Below are positions 29,235 through 43,247 of a stretch of DNA of 64,000 bases, piece after piece; the stretch's first letter is position 1, and every line of letters starts with the position of its first letter. The stretch is from Macrostomum lignano (Eukaryota). The stretch lies in assembly GCA_002269645.1 (NCBI GenBank), contig NIVC01002603.1:62001-126000 (forward strand). Direction: 5' to 3'. The position numbers and the translations under genes are program-made. The notes beneath the pieces are model-generated. The model did no database searches. It worked only from the letters and a program-made list of their open reading frames with translations, and had not been told where the DNA came from.

Positions 29235-30280
29235 GAGGGATTGGGATCTGAGAAGGGGAATCAGGTTATTGGGATTTGAGAAGGGGAATCAGGTTATTGG
29301 GATTTCAAAAGGGGAATCAGGTTATTGGGATCTGAGAAGGGGAATCAGGTTATTGGGATTTGAAAAGGGGAATCAGGTTATTGGGATTTGAGAAGGGGAA
29401 TCAGGTTATTGGGATTTGAAAAGGGGAATCAGGTTATTGGGATTTGAAAAGGGGAATCAGGTTATTGGGATTTGAAAAGGGGAATCAGGTTATTGGGACT
29501 TGAAAAGGGGAATCAGGTTATTGGGATCTGAGAAGGGGAATCAGGTTATTGGGATTTGAGAAGGGGAATCGGGTTATTGGGATTTGAGAAGGGGAATCGG
29601 GTTATTGGGAGTTGAGAAGGAGAATCGGGTTATTGGGATTTGAGAAGGGGAATCGGGTTATTGGGATTTGAGAAGGAGAATCGGGTTATTGGGATTTGAG
29701 AAGGGGAATCGGGTTATTGGGATTTGAGAAGGGGAATCGGGTTATTGGGAGTTGAGAAGGGGAATCAGGTTATTGGGATTTGAGAAGGGGAAGCGGGTTA
29801 TTGGGAGTTGAGAAGGGGAATCGGTTTATTGGGATTTGAGAAGGGGATCAGGTTATTGGGAGTTGAGAAGGGGAATCGGGTTATTGGGATTTGAGAAGGG
29901 GAATCGGGTTATTGGGAGTTGAGAAGGGGAATCGGGTTATTGGGATTTGAGAAGGGGAATCGGGACCGGGTTATTGGGAGTTGAGAAGGGGAATCGGGTT
30001 ATTGGGATTTGAGAAGGGGAATCGGGTTATTGGGAGTTGAGAAGGGGAATCGGGTTATTGGGATTTGAGAAGGGGAATCGGGTTATTGGGAGTTGAGAAG
30101 GGGAATCGGGTTATTGGGATTTGAGAAGGGGAATCGGGACCGGGTTATTGGGAGTTGAGAAGGGGAATCGGGTTATTGGGATTTGAGAAGGGGAATCGGG
30201 TTATTGGGATTTGAGAAGGGGAATCGGGTTATTGGGATTTGAGAAGGGGAATCGGTTATTGGGAGTTGAGAAGGGGTTCC
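29235..30280. repeat. 28-bp minisatellite GGGGAATCGGGTTATTGGGATTTGAGAA
   Basis: Upstream of the AC-like start codon. Confidence 0.95.
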
Positions 30281-32749
30281 AGAGGATCCGGGATCTGAGG
30301 AGGGGAAGATAAGAAATCAAGAAAAGATAAGATTAAGATAATAATCCGCACATTGTAAATGCTGACTACTGACAATTAATTTTATAATTGTAATTTCATA
30401 TGAGTCATACGGTGACAGTGTGCTATTATACAGGGTCTGACTGTGGTACCTCTGAAACTTCGCTGATTTTTATCAACTAGACCCCGTGGCTGAACAGATA
30501 AACACAACATTTATACACGCATACAGGCAAATGCTTTCCATTAACAACAACTTGCGTTCTAGCAAATTGCTATGGAGTCACGTGACGTATCTCTGTTTGT
30601 GGGCATGGGCATTTGTATTTGTAATTATATCAGATATATACTGTTTATACATATTATATTTAGACAGCAAGGGAGAGAGCCACACACACAGGGCAGAAGC
30701 AGACAGACAGTAAGTACATCATCCGTAGCTGCATATTTCAACTCTAATTATGCGCTTGCTTAGTTTGCTTATTCAACCTCAAGGCCAGGTGACTATTTTA
30801 ACTGGCAATTTGGTACAGTATATAGTGCGTACTAATTAGATGACGAAGCACTTGGCTATCAACTGGCAGTTATAGTTACTCTCACTGTTTACTCAACTAA
30901 ACTGTTGCTAAAATTGAATTTCTAAGCTAGCTTTGTAACAATTAACAAGCTGGAGATTCTGTATAGTAATATTAGCCTACTGATTAATTATATTTGTGCC
31001 GTTGCCCATGGTATCGATTGGATCTTGATATGTAGAGATGGAACGAATCCTCCCATTTTTCATGAATCCGAATATCCTCGTATCTTCTCCTTATACTATA
31101 GTTATAAACATCTATCAAATGTATCAGTATCATGTACTTTTCGCATTTCGGGTAAATAATTTATCTATATTATTACGAGCCAAATTATTTGATTTTATTA
31201 ATTACTTACCCATTGCTCAACACAGCTTCCTCCTCTCTCTGTTGTTGGCTTCTTTCAGTCTTCTTTGAACGCGTGAAAGACTAACAAATCAGATTTTTTT
31301 ACTTGCTGTGCTGTCTAAATGTATCGAATTTGACTTGGAAAATAATAATACGATATCTTTGAGAAGAATAAAAAAGGTTCCGCAGTCATGCAATCCAGGT
31401 CTGTAAGATCGGAATATAACCAACAGACTGAGTCGGAAGACCGACTTTCACTGAATAACGGTGACAAATTTGCTTCAACTTGTCCCCTTATTTGCTTCAG
31501 GCTCTACAGTGTCAGTGGGAAAGGTTCCCAGAAAATTTAACTAAAATCGCTTATGGGGGGAATCGTGTGCGCTTGTGTATGGGGGTTTCCTCCTTCAGTT
31601 GAGTGCGCGTGTATGTGCGTTGAGCCAATGAAGCCCAGGGCCAGACCCAAAGCCCGCTATTTGCCATTGCACTCCTGCCCCCACCCACTGGTGTTATTGG
31701 AGAAAATAGCCTTCAGTATCAGATGTACACTGGGCCAGGCAAACCCCGCCTCCTCCCCCAGCCACGCGCCGGGCCGCCCCACCACCCCACACTTGTCTGC
31801 CCTTTCAACACCCCCCTGGCGCGGGTTTTTTATTACCGGGGGGAGAGTTAGAAGAGGAAGGACGCTGAACCGGGTAAGGGGGGTTGAGGTCTCAGACTTT
31901 TGGGGTTGGTGTGGTATACTGGGGACTGGTGTTGGTAGGTAATGCAAGAATGTTAGTTTTCAAGTTAGTTAATATATAGTGTGAGATCTTGGCTTGATAC
32001 GCACGTACGTATGTAACGTACATTTTTGTACACTCTCGCGCCCCTTGTATTTTTACCTTTCTGACTATTACTACATGATAGCTATTGCTTTCCACGCGGT
32101 TTTTTTTGCATTTTCAATCCCAATCTCAATGCGTCTGCCACCGCCGCATTGGCCAACTGACTACTACTGTGCGCTGTGCTGTGTGGGTTGGATAGAAAAT
32201 GGAGCAGAAGCAGCAGAAATTAAAGTCTTTTTATTGCACATACTTTTTAGTTAATCCCTGTCCTGCTGGGTGTTCTGCGTAGTGCACGCGTGTCCCAATT
32301 AGCTAATGTGTATTATAGTTGTAGAAGTATAAAATATAGTAATAAAACATTTTTGTATTTGTGCCGAAAAATAATCCATTAACAGCCGTTATCTGGACAG
32401 ACTAATGCATGACCCATGCTTGATTCTTGAAAATTCAGGATTAGTAAAAGGAATGCATCTAATATTGTCCAGTGACTCACTTGCCCAAACTTAGTAACTG
32501 CTGGGCAGTACAACTTATTTTTAGCTGCACGCACACACGATGATGCGCATCGAATAGATGGAATTCTGGACTACAACGGATTTAATAGCTGGTCTGGCGG
32601 ATGAAGAAGAAAGTTGAAGAAAAAAACAGTGCACTGGCGAGTACGCTCGAACATGTTTGATTATCGACCAGTGCACATAACTTCGATCGTACTATTATTC
32701 AATACATTGCAACATACTTATTGTCACCGTTATGGAAATCAAGAAGTTT

Positions 32750-33032
32750 GACTTAGGGAACCAAAATGAGTGCCAGCCGCGCCAAAATAAGTGCCTGATC
32801 GTGTCTGCGGGCCAGAATGAGTGCCTGAATGCCTGCGGTGCCAAAATGAGTGCTTGCGGCGCCAAAATAAGTGCCTGAGTGCCCGCGGCGCCCTAATGAG
32901 TACCTGAGGCGCCAAAATGAGTGCCAGAGGCGCCAAAATGAGTACATGAGGCGCCAAAATGTGTTTCTGCGGCGCCAAAATAGTGCCTGGCCGGGCGCCA
33001 AAATGAGTGCCTGAGTCTGTGGCGCCAAAATG
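32750..33032. repeat. Degenerate ~21-bp repeat GCGCCAAAATGAGTGCCTGA
   Basis: Direct inspection. Confidence 0.85.
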
Positions 33033-33459
33033 TCAGTGCTAACAATACCAATTTCAAATAATTATTACATTTAGGTGCTAAATGTAACTTTCTCCAATTC
33101 ACTAAGTTCACGTATGCTACTACTCAACAAACTTATAACCAGTAGTAGTGAAGTAAACAAGCAATGTTCAATATATACAATAAATTTGAAGGCTCAAGTT
33201 TGATTAAGTGCAAAATGGCCCTACAATAAATGACTACAGTAGCTACGAGCGTACATGCTATTCATTAGAATTGACAATCTGCTTTTTCGTTTGGCAGATG
33301 AACGCAGTGTTAATCTATACAAAATTATTCACTGCATTTCAAAATCAATAATTTTGAGCGATATGAGATTGTGTAGAAACTCTTGGTCCAAGAGATCTGG
33401 AATCTGGACTCTATTCACCATTGTTTTTTCATTAATCATCATATCACTTATATATCCTC

Positions 33460-33940
33460 TAGATTCCCTTGTCTGTCCTCTAGATCCCCCTGTCACCCCT
33501 CTAGATTCCCCCCGTCGCCCCACTTCAGATTCTCCCTGCCACCTCGCTAGATTCCCCCTGGTACTGCTCTAAATTCCCCTCTGTCAGCTCTCTAGATTCC
33601 CCCTGGCACTGCTCTTAATTCCCCTCTGTCAGCTCTCTAGATTCCCCCTGGCACTGCTCTAAATTCCCCTCTGTCAGCTCTCTAGATTTCCCCTGGTACT
33701 GATCTAGATTCCCCTCTGTCACCCCTCTAGATTCCCCCCGTCGCCCCACTTCAGATTCTCCCTGCCACCTCTCTAGATTCCCCCTGGCACTGCTCTAAAT
33801 TCCCCTCTGTCAGCTCTCTAGATTTCCCCTGGTACTGCTCTAGATTCCCCTCTGTCAGCTCTCTAGATTTCCCCTGGCACTGCTCTAAATTTCCCTCTGT
33901 CACCTCTCTAGATTCCCCCTGGCACCCCTTTAAATTCCCT
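33460..33940. repeat. ~46-bp dimeric minisatellite (CTAGATTCCCCCTGGCACTGCT / CTAAATTCCCCTCTGTCAGCT)
   Basis: Direct inspection. Confidence 0.9.
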
Positions 33941-34239
33941 GTTCGGTCACCGCAAAAGAGCGAATAATATTTGTGTTTATACTCGTATGAAATGATACTC
34001 GTGAATAGCTCTTACACGTTGCTGAGCCGACATTCCCATTAAATTAAAAATTCTTGAACTTTAGAACAAGCTACACCTTTGATCTTCAATAATTCAATAA
34101 TTGATTCGTGAACTACAGGACTACTTTAAATATTCAATAAAAGTATAAATTAAATAGCTTTTGTTTCAAACGACAACACTCAATACGTAAAAACTTGTGA
34201 GGTTAAAAACGCATTTCATGTCTAGAGGCAAGGGGTCGC

Positions 34240-34845
34240 CATCATAAGCTCGAAAAATCACATCGTCGAAAACAAGAAGGCTCCATCACAAGCTCGAAAA
34301 GTCACAAGCTCGAAAAGTCACAAGCTCGAAAAGTCACAAGCTCGAAAAGTCACAAGCTCGAAAAGTCACAAGCTCGAAAAGTCACAAGCTCGAAAAGTCA
34401 CAAGCTCGAAAAGTCATAAGCTCGAAAAATCATATCGTCGAAAACTGATTTAGCAGCCACCATCACAAGCTCGAAAAGTCATAAGCTCGAAAAATCACAT
34501 CGTCGAAAAGTTTAGCAAACATCATCACAAGCTCGAAAAGGCACAAGCTCAAACCCTAACCCCAAGGCACTAACCCTAACCCTAAGGCACCAGTACCCTA
34601 GCCTAACCCTGAACCATAACCCAAACCCCAACCCTAACCTAACCCTAAACCCTAACTTAAAGGCACTAGTTCTAACCCGACCCTAACCCTAAACCCTAAC
34701 CTTAAGGCACAAGTTCAACCCCAACCCTAAACTTAACCCTAAGCCCTAACCCTAAGGCACTAACTCTAACCCTAACCCTATTCAAGCTTGTGATGGTGGT
34801 TGCTAAACTTTTCGACGATGTGATTTTTCGAGCTTGTGATGTGAT
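34240..34845. mobile_element. Foldback-like element: 16-bp tandem repeats, ~55-bp inverted arms, telomere-like CCCTAA loop
   Basis: CAAGCTCGAAAAGTCA tandem (34290-34420); left arm 34481-34534 is near-complementary to right arm 34784-34841; loop 34550-34780 of degenerate AACCCT/CCCTAA. Confidence 0.65.
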
Positions 34846-34935
34846 ACTAAGGCATTCAAGGCTATAAGAGTGCATGTTGAATTAGCCATGATGCAGCCGA
34901 TTAATCTGCACGCACTCGCACAGGGTGTGAACTCT

Positions 34936-35648
34936 CTAGGACGAAAACCCGTCGGAATCGTTTAAACCATGCCAATAGTAGCGACCTATGGCTCGTTCTC
35001 TTTGCCACCTGAGTTTCTGGGCTCTCCATCGGCCCACAGAGCGGCGCTCACGCCCAGGCCGCAGGCAACCCACCGCCAGCCTTCGCGCGGCTCGCCGCTG
35101 CCCTTGCAGTCTAGTAGCCGCCCATGCCACACGGATCCGCCATCCGCGAGTACACTCTGCTGAACTGCGAGTTGATGAAGCTTAATCTCTGCAGCATCCA
35201 ACACGTCGGCCATGATTTAGAGACTGAACTCACTGTCGCACCTCAGCTCTGCTGCCATGCAGTTGGCTCAGGGTTGGATTACAGCTTGTACTTCACTCCG
35301 CACAGCTGCTCATCGTAGTCAGACGGACACAGCCTTCCTGGCTGCAGAAAGAGCCGACCAGTGGCTGAGCAGCTGCAGAATTTCTCACCCGTTTGCTGCA
35401 CCTGACAGCTGGCACTGACGTGCGCAGTGCTGAAGGCCTGACAGCGCGACTGAGCACAGCAGCTAGGGCCGGAGCACTCGGCCTCCGATGCAGCCCGGCT
35501 CTGATGGGTATCTTCGTGAATTCGCTGTTGATGCAGACTGGCGTTGACCGCCATGAATGAATCCTTCGGGGTGCAGCCACTGCCGCCAGTGGCCTGGGAG
35601 CCGAGGATGCAGAGAGTCAGCAGGAGGGCTCTGTTGATGAATGTTCAT
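34936..35648 (-). pseudogene. Intronless signal peptide + PAN/apple-like + C-type lectin domain pseudogene
   Basis: Pieced frames: TFINRALLLTLCILGSQA; EAECSGPSCCAQSRCQAFS; CPSDYDEQLCGVKYKL*; SVWHG...WRWVACG...LWADGEPRNSGGKEN; YWHGLND. Several stops and frameshifts; ATG out of frame. Confidence 0.65.
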
Positions 35649-38094
35649 GAATAGTGTTCAGAGATCAGAGAGATACACATGTGTAATGTAACTTCGATTT
35701 TTGAGTTCTAACCGCATGCAGTCAGCTGCTTACAAAGCCTGGCGTGGTACATTGCAGACATTTTAATGTCGAATTAATGGTCATTTAGATTTATTAAATT
35801 GCATCATAACTTTTAATAAATGCTAATCTGGCAAAAAGCTGCAACACTTTTTTTTCATGGCATATCGTCTCCTATTACCGCTCTTGTGCCCTTCACGCAA
35901 ATTCATTTCTTAATCGTGCAATTCATCAAATTTGCAACTAACAATCAATACAGCATTGCTAATAAAATACGGATTACTATTCAAAATTCCGTGCATCAGG
36001 TAAGACAGTGTGAAGTGAATAAATCGACTACCGTTGCAGCTCACCTGGAGAAAGGACCCACACTGAATCGAAGCAGATGTACGATTTACAAACGAACAAA
36101 AGAACCACCGTCTCGCTCTACCGGGTATTGTCCCATTTGAAAGTTGGTTCTGAAAGTACAGATGCTCATTCTGCCCGATCTGCCGAGATCTTTTTTTTCT
36201 GAAGCACCCTGATAGGAACCCAATTAAACGAAGCTCGAAAACGTATAAAGTAAAGGACTGAGTAAAAAAGTGTACAATGATTTGCTATTATTTTTTTATA
36301 GTAATTGAAAATTAAAACTTACACCGCTGTCACTCACATTTTTGGCGTTTAAGTTAAAATTTTATTTGTATGCAAATTTCTTAGAAAATTGCACTAATTT
36401 AATTGTACACACTAACAAGGACTAAGTTTTGTAACTCGCAAAAAATACGTTGAAGGTTTGAAGTAAAATATTTGATTTGAAATTTAATTATTACCAAATC
36501 GGAATTAGTAATTAGAATCGTCTTTAGACTAGTCTTGAGTTGGACTTATATTAGGCCTAGTGTATCTTACTTGAATGGTAGTAAATCCTACTAAGCCTCC
36601 CAGGAATAAACTATCCAATTTTCAATATATTGTCTTGTCTACTTATTTTATAGATGCATATTGTGTTAATATTTTACAATACATTTAATAATAAGGCCTA
36701 AGACAAATACAAAGTGAAATAAATAGGCCCTAAGCCAAGGTCTAGAATCTGGATTCTTGTTTACAAAATAGTCTGAGAGTTTTTCAGCTTTCAAAATTCC
36801 CAAGTCTTTGTCTTTGCTTTTGATAGTTAGCCCAAAGTAAAGTGTAGGAAAACAATATTTTTATATTGCATTATTACTATTATTAGGCTTTGATTGTTCT
36901 ACTAGGCCTGGTCTACTTCAAAATGGTATATGAAAATGTCACCTTAAGAAGAATCAAAGATGATCCATTTGAGGAGTCTGCCTCAATTAATGGATGCTCA
37001 GTAGAACTACTTTCACCATGTAGTAACCTGATGATAGTTTGTAAAAAGTAAGTATTTACTTTAATAAAAATTTAAATTATTTATAAAGTTTTTTAGACTT
37101 ATTTATTTTAGGCTTTGCTATATTTATCATTAGTATAAGCCTAATTTGCTCTAGACATATGCTTATGATTATATATAAGCTCTACTGTATTGTAGTAAAC
37201 AAAATAATATTTAAATTTTTTTGTACAATCAAAGCTAAAATGTTGTAGAATTTAGGCTTAGGATTATTCGATTAAATTTGAACTTTAATAAATAATATGG
37301 CCTATAATAATTTATAACACCAAGATTATTTGGCCAAATTGGCTAGGTGACAAGGTGTTTTAAAAGTATTTGCCCTAGCAAATTAATACCCAGTGTCCGC
37401 ATTGTCGGAATAATGCCAGAATATTATGCCAGCATCATGCCAGACTGAATGTCGCGACGAGATCCAGGCATAATGTTAGCATGAAGTGCCAGTATAATGC
37501 TGCTTTTATGCCAACTATATGCGACTGATATGCCTATTCAATTACGTAGTTAACCAATGTACTTCGCAGCATTGTGGCTGCATTGTTGGAATAATGCTGG
37601 CATATCATGCCAGACTGAATTTCGCGACGGGATCCAGGCATTATGTTAGCATGAAATGCCAGTGTAATGCTGCTTTTATACCAACTATATGCGACTGATA
37701 TGCCTGTTCAATTATATAGTAAACCAATGTATGTCGTAGCTTTCTGTGGCTTATAAATAATGCAATTGTTGTCCAATTATTACAATAAAGCACTTAACCC
37801 TTTTTGAACTCCACAAGGCTTTAATTAGGCTTTAGGAAATGGTACAAAAGAACTAAACACAAGTGTATTGTAAAAAAGATGGCGCAGAAAAGTATTTTTT
37901 TAACATTGAAAACAATGGTAGGAACATGTTTTTAGTTCTTTAATTCTTTTATAATTTAACTTAAATAGTAACTTAATTCTTTTTTAATTTAACTTAAATA
38001 GTAACTTAAATAGCATGGGAAAACAGAAACATAACAACATAAAAATATAAACAGAATATAGCAACAAAAACAACATACAAAAGTTATAAGCAGA

Positions 38095-38576
38095 TACTTC
38101 TTTAAAAGATAGGGTCCCAAATACAGCAAAGAGTCTGAATTCTGTTGCCTTAAAATGAGAAAGCTTGGTATCAAATTGCCTTGGCCGTCACTGAAACTCA
38201 TTTGGTATAAATTTTGCCAAAGAAATCGACTTTTCAGACAGCTCAGCCAAAGCAGTTGGGTGTAATTTACAACAAAGACAAAAACCCTTTACAGTGGAGA
38301 AAAAACTTTAACAATTGGCGAACAACTCCCAAACAAACAGAATGTTAGTAATCAACAGGGAAACCAGACTGCAAGTTTGCATTGTCAATGAGTGGCGAAA
38401 TCTGCAGTTGGTTATTCTCAAGACCAGATTTGTAGTCCGCATCTGTTCTTTTAATGCCTACAAAAGTTTTGTAAACCACCCTATCTTCAGCGAAACTTCT
38501 TCAACCTTGACAGTAATTGCATCCCAGCTTCGAAGCATGTGACTTTGAATTTGCATTGTTCAAATTGAATGCTCAT
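38095..38576 (-). pseudogene. EnSpm-type transposase remnant
   Basis: GCNYCQG*...RTDADY...SPL...FPVDY*HSVCLGVVRQLL...FIPNEFQ*RPR...FKATEFRLF/LLYLGP; matches remembered animal EnSpm transposase motifs; stops and frameshifts. Confidence 0.8.
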
Positions 38577-39109
38577 CTGAAATAAGAAATAATGCATGAA
38601 TTGGACTTTAGATAACATGTTTATTTGGCTTTTAACTCCCACTTACAAACTTTTCTTTTTTCAATTCCCATAGTCTTCTCCTCTCCTTTCTACCACTTAT
38701 ATAGTTGTCTAATATATATCTATTATTCTTTTCCAATCCCTGTCTTTCCTTCTCTTAGAATCTTAGATAAACTGACTATTAAGGAAGAAAATACTTAATA
38801 CTACTCAATACTTAATATTTAATATTATATACTATAGAATATTTTCCCAATTGGCATAGAATTATGTAGATAATGCTGCTCCTAGTCCTAGTCTTATCCA
38901 CATAGTAAACTAATAAAATTGATTGATCTTTTTCAATATATACCATGAAAATAATGTCCCTCTTTAACAACATGCTATACTTGCAATATATAAAAATATT
39001 AAACTACATATTAACATAATACACTGCATATTAACTGCTTTTGCTATACTTAATATTGTATCAATATATCATATTTAGACATTTAATCATGAAAATATCA
39101 TGAACATTA

Positions 39110-40247
39110 TAGTGTTCCGCCGTAATTACGGCTACGGCTACGGCAAATTATGGCTACGACACTTTTGAAGCCGTATTTTCATTACGGATTATGGTTATGG
39201 ACATATTTTGAGCTTACGGTTACGGTTACGGATTACGGAGATTTTTCTAGACTTGCCGTAATTGGTAGCCGTAACAAAAATTATTTATTTTTAACTGTTT
39301 AGTGTTATAAAAGAATTTTTTTATATCAACTTCAACCAGTTTTCATTTTGTTTTACTAGTTATTATTATTTTTTACATTTGTTAAGTTTCTAAATATCTA
39401 CAAAACTTCTTGAAAATGAAAAACGAATTTTTTCACGAATTTTCTCATTAGGCATACGGCATAGCATAGCATAGCGATAGCATGATAGCAGCGAGACAGA
39501 GAGAGCCAGTCAAAGCCTACAAGAGACTAAGAATCTGGCATTCTTATTTCTTAGCCATATGTAGTATTTAGCTCCTTAGCATAAAAATAGGATATTAGAT
39601 TTAGATTATGAGGATAAGGATGAAAGAATATTAATAAGGAAATACTAAATAAATACTAATAGGATAAGAATATGAATTATGATTGAAAATTGATTGAAAC
39701 CAAAGAAGACAATACAATAGACAATGCAATAAAATGAAAATGAAAAATGTAACATGCAATTTCTTAGTCATTGGAAATTTTGAAGCAGTTTTATTTGAAC
39801 AAATTCATATATTTATTTAATGATATTAAACATACACATTGACCTTGGCACGTCAGTCATATATTCATATTGTAGCGAAACAAAACAGAATCACGACACA
39901 GAAAACTGAAAAAGGCACCAAGCACACAATTGCATACAACAATGCTATAGAATACTTCGATAAAGATATTATATTTACGAAAAAATAAATGAATATTAAT
40001 GCATGAACAAACAACAAGTAGGTTTTATTGCTATCCTTTTATCCTTTTTATCTGTCCTTTTCTGTCTGCCCTACTTTTCATGCAAAAATATCAATTTTTG
40101 TTATACATTACGGCTACAGTTACGGCAAATTACGGTTACGGACTTTTTTAGCCCATAATGACGGCAAAATTCGGCTACGGAAGTTGCTTCTTTCTTACGG
40201 CTACGGTTACGGTTACGGAGGTCAAAACTCGCGGCGGCGGAACACTA
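39110..40247. mobile_element. Non-autonomous hAT element (1138 bp) nested in the EnSpm element
   Basis: 13-bp TIR TAGTGTTCCGCCG / CGGCGGAACACTA, perfect 8-bp TSD GAACATTA (39102-39109, 40248-40255), subterminal TACGG repeats at both ends. Confidence 0.9.
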
Positions 40248-43247
40248 GAACATTACAATATAAAAAATAAAAAATTAGAATTTAAAAAGCCATAATAAAG
40301 TCTTAAACTATGATGGAAAAAATATATTTATCACATTTTTAATATTGCTAAAAAATTGATATTCAATTTAAATTTTTTGTTTATAGAATTTGCCTTTATA
40401 TATTATTATATTATATTTATTTTTTGTAGGTAACCAAATAAATCCTATTAAATCAAAATAAATTGGCACTTTATAGTTAAATTAGTAATTAAATAACAAG
40501 AATATAAGATATAATGCCTAGGTTTATTTTTGGGCCATATGGGATTTTTTGGCCCCTTGAAAATCTCATTGGCAATTGGATTTTTGGCATCAGAGGCCAA
40601 TCTAGCAACTTTATTTCCCTGTGCCAGTTGCCACTTTCAGAAAATGATTTTACAAGTATAATAAAAATGTTATAGGCCTATCAATCTAAGTTGATGCAAA
40701 AACAAAGTTGCAAAAATGGACAATTTCAATGTCAATTTAATACCAAGTCCCAAACTGTCTCATTCACATAGTCATATAGTGCATCCATGTTTTAATGAGC
40801 CCTAGAAATATCTAGATCCTCAAGAATGTGGGTAGTTGGGTTGCTAGTGGGCAACCAAAAATAGCCATTGGCAACTGGATTTCTAACCTTAAAAAAACCT
40901 AGGCTTTATATATATACAGAGTAAATTAAGGACCTATTCATTAGGCCTAACTTATAAGTATAAAAGGTTAAACCTTTTTTTGCCTTATACAATAATATAC
41001 TATAGGCCTAGCTATGTCTATAACCTATAATTAGGCCTACAATGAATTATTATTCTGTCTATAGATATTTAGATAAGTACTTTACTATAAGTAGACCTCT
41101 TAAAGGCTTAAGTGTCCCAGTAAATAAAATAGTTAAGAAACTGGAAAAAGCCTATTGTCTGATTTCAACATTTGTTTCATTGATTTAGATAAAACTTAAA
41201 ATTAGTTTTATCCTTTTTTGACAACTGAATATGTAATTGTTTGCTATTTGCAATATAAACTACAAGGAACAGTATTATATCATATCATATTTTAACAGCA
41301 ATTTATACAACAAAGCAACTAAAAACTGGTGTATATAAAATATGACAAGTACAATATTTCACATAGGCCTATGCCTATAGAGCCTAGGCTAGTACATTAA
41401 CATATATAACTTTGTAATATCATATACAGCCTTAGAAAATTGTCAGACTGCACCCACTACTATTGCTAGAAACTAATATACAAATGCCTTGTTAGAAAAG
41501 GTATTTTTCTGCACATACATATAAAAGCCAGTACAATTGATTGAGACAGACTAGGCCTAAGACAAATGAGTGTAAAAAGCATCAATTAAAAATGTGCTAT
41601 ATTTTTGTTCAATATTGTTCAATATTTAGTATTATAACAAAAAATAAAAACATGTATAACTACTATAGCCAAAAGATAACATAGCTTAAAATAAACCATC
41701 TAAATATTACTTGTATGACTACTATTTGTAGTCCATTCAGTATATATAAGAAACATGTACAATTTAAATTATATCAAATCAACGAAATGAACAAGCATTT
41801 GCATGCTGTATATATGCGAAAATTATGAAGACAGTAAAATTTGTCAATGGGTATCTTTGAAGACTATTATAAATTTGGGACTATTCAGGAACCTGCATAA
41901 AATCTTTTCCTTCTAAATTTCTCAAAGTCATATTTTTAGCACTTAATGCCTTAATTGTGCCGTGGCATGCACAGGCCAAATTTATTCCAGTTTGATGCTG
42001 CGTCTAAAAAAAAGAATTGCTGGCAAAACTGAAAGCTCTTTCAATAAATATCAAACAGATATCAATGCAACACAAATTTGGAATTTTTTTGCTTGTCAAA
42101 AATATGCTGACGCGTCAGCATAATTATGGCATAATGCTGACATCATGGACACTGGGTATATTCATTCAAGCCATCAAAATTGTTACATATGACATAGTCA
42201 ACTTTTAAGTCTACATAATTTTTCTAATGTAACGTAAGCTTGTGAAGGCCATCATTAAAGAAACTTCTTGGTGTAGCCTCTAGGCATCTGTTTAATGCAT
42301 ATTTTTAGGCTAGTGAAATGGTAACCACAGTGATTTTTTATTGGTCCAAAAAGGTGATAGTTGCTAGTGCCAAATTTAATAGGGCCTAAATAGGCAGGGT
42401 ATAGAAGCAGTTCTTAATGACAATTACCAACTATTTTTGCAGTGTGCTTGGCTGTGTAAAACCTAACATTGCTTTGCCTAAGGAGCAGCTAAGAGTATAG
42501 CTTTCTAAGTAATTTTTCAATAATTTTTGGCAAAGTTGCCTACTTAGCAGGTTAGTGTAATAAGCAATGTTGATTAGGCAGCTTGACTCAAAGAAAATCA
42601 ATATAGATTGTACCTTCAGTGTCCTAAAAGAGAGTGATCATTGTTTCCCCCAAAAATAAAGCCACATAGACCTTGATAGGTGACTTACTTAACTGCCTTT
42701 GGTTTCTAGATTGTAGTATAGAAACTAGGTCTTATCAACAATGCATTGCCAGAATGGCTTGCTATACTTTTTAACCAGAGTCAGCAGGTGCTTACACTTG
42801 TCAGCCTACTCATGCTTTTGGTAGACACCCAATAGCTAAGGCACATATTTGGTGAACAACTTGCTAAGTTGCAGCTCATCATGCATAATTATGTGAATGT
42901 GTGCCACACTATACATGCGCAACCTCCAAAATTTGGTCAGCCATTGACTTAGTTTTAACGAAAATGTGACATAGTTTTTGGCCAGAAATGCAACTTACAT
43001 GTAAAAAAACCCTGTAGCAAAATTAACACAACTTTGGGTAAACAGCAGGAGTAACTATGACTGTCTTATTAAGACAAAATGCCTCATCAGCTACTTAGTA
43101 CTACTACTTTGGTGCTTTTTCGAGTGGGCATTTTTGCAACTTCCTTGATTGGCCACCAAATCAGTTGGCCAGATCGGCTGACTCGGCCGACTGTTGCGCA
43201 CATACATGCCTAACACCTGTCCAACCTGTCCGAACCGGACAGGTGAA

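Larger units (their letters stand above)
37389..42156. mobile_element. CMC-EnSpm (CACTA-like) DNA transposon, decayed, ~4.8 kb
   Basis: TIR CCCAGTGTCC (37389-37398) / GGACACTGGG (42147-42156), TA on both flanks, similar subterminal ATTATGCC motifs, ~180-bp tandem duplication at 37400-37745, internal transposase remnant. Confidence 0.8.

Noticed and set aside
31553-31942. 129-aa ORF / promoter-like block with CCAAT and GC boxes
   Set aside because: No protein similarity recognised; the motifs are too short to support a promoter call
34936-35648. Stop-codon recoding or selenoprotein explanation for the lectin and transposase stops
   Set aside because: Stops are of mixed types and come with frameshifts; the intact genes use the standard code
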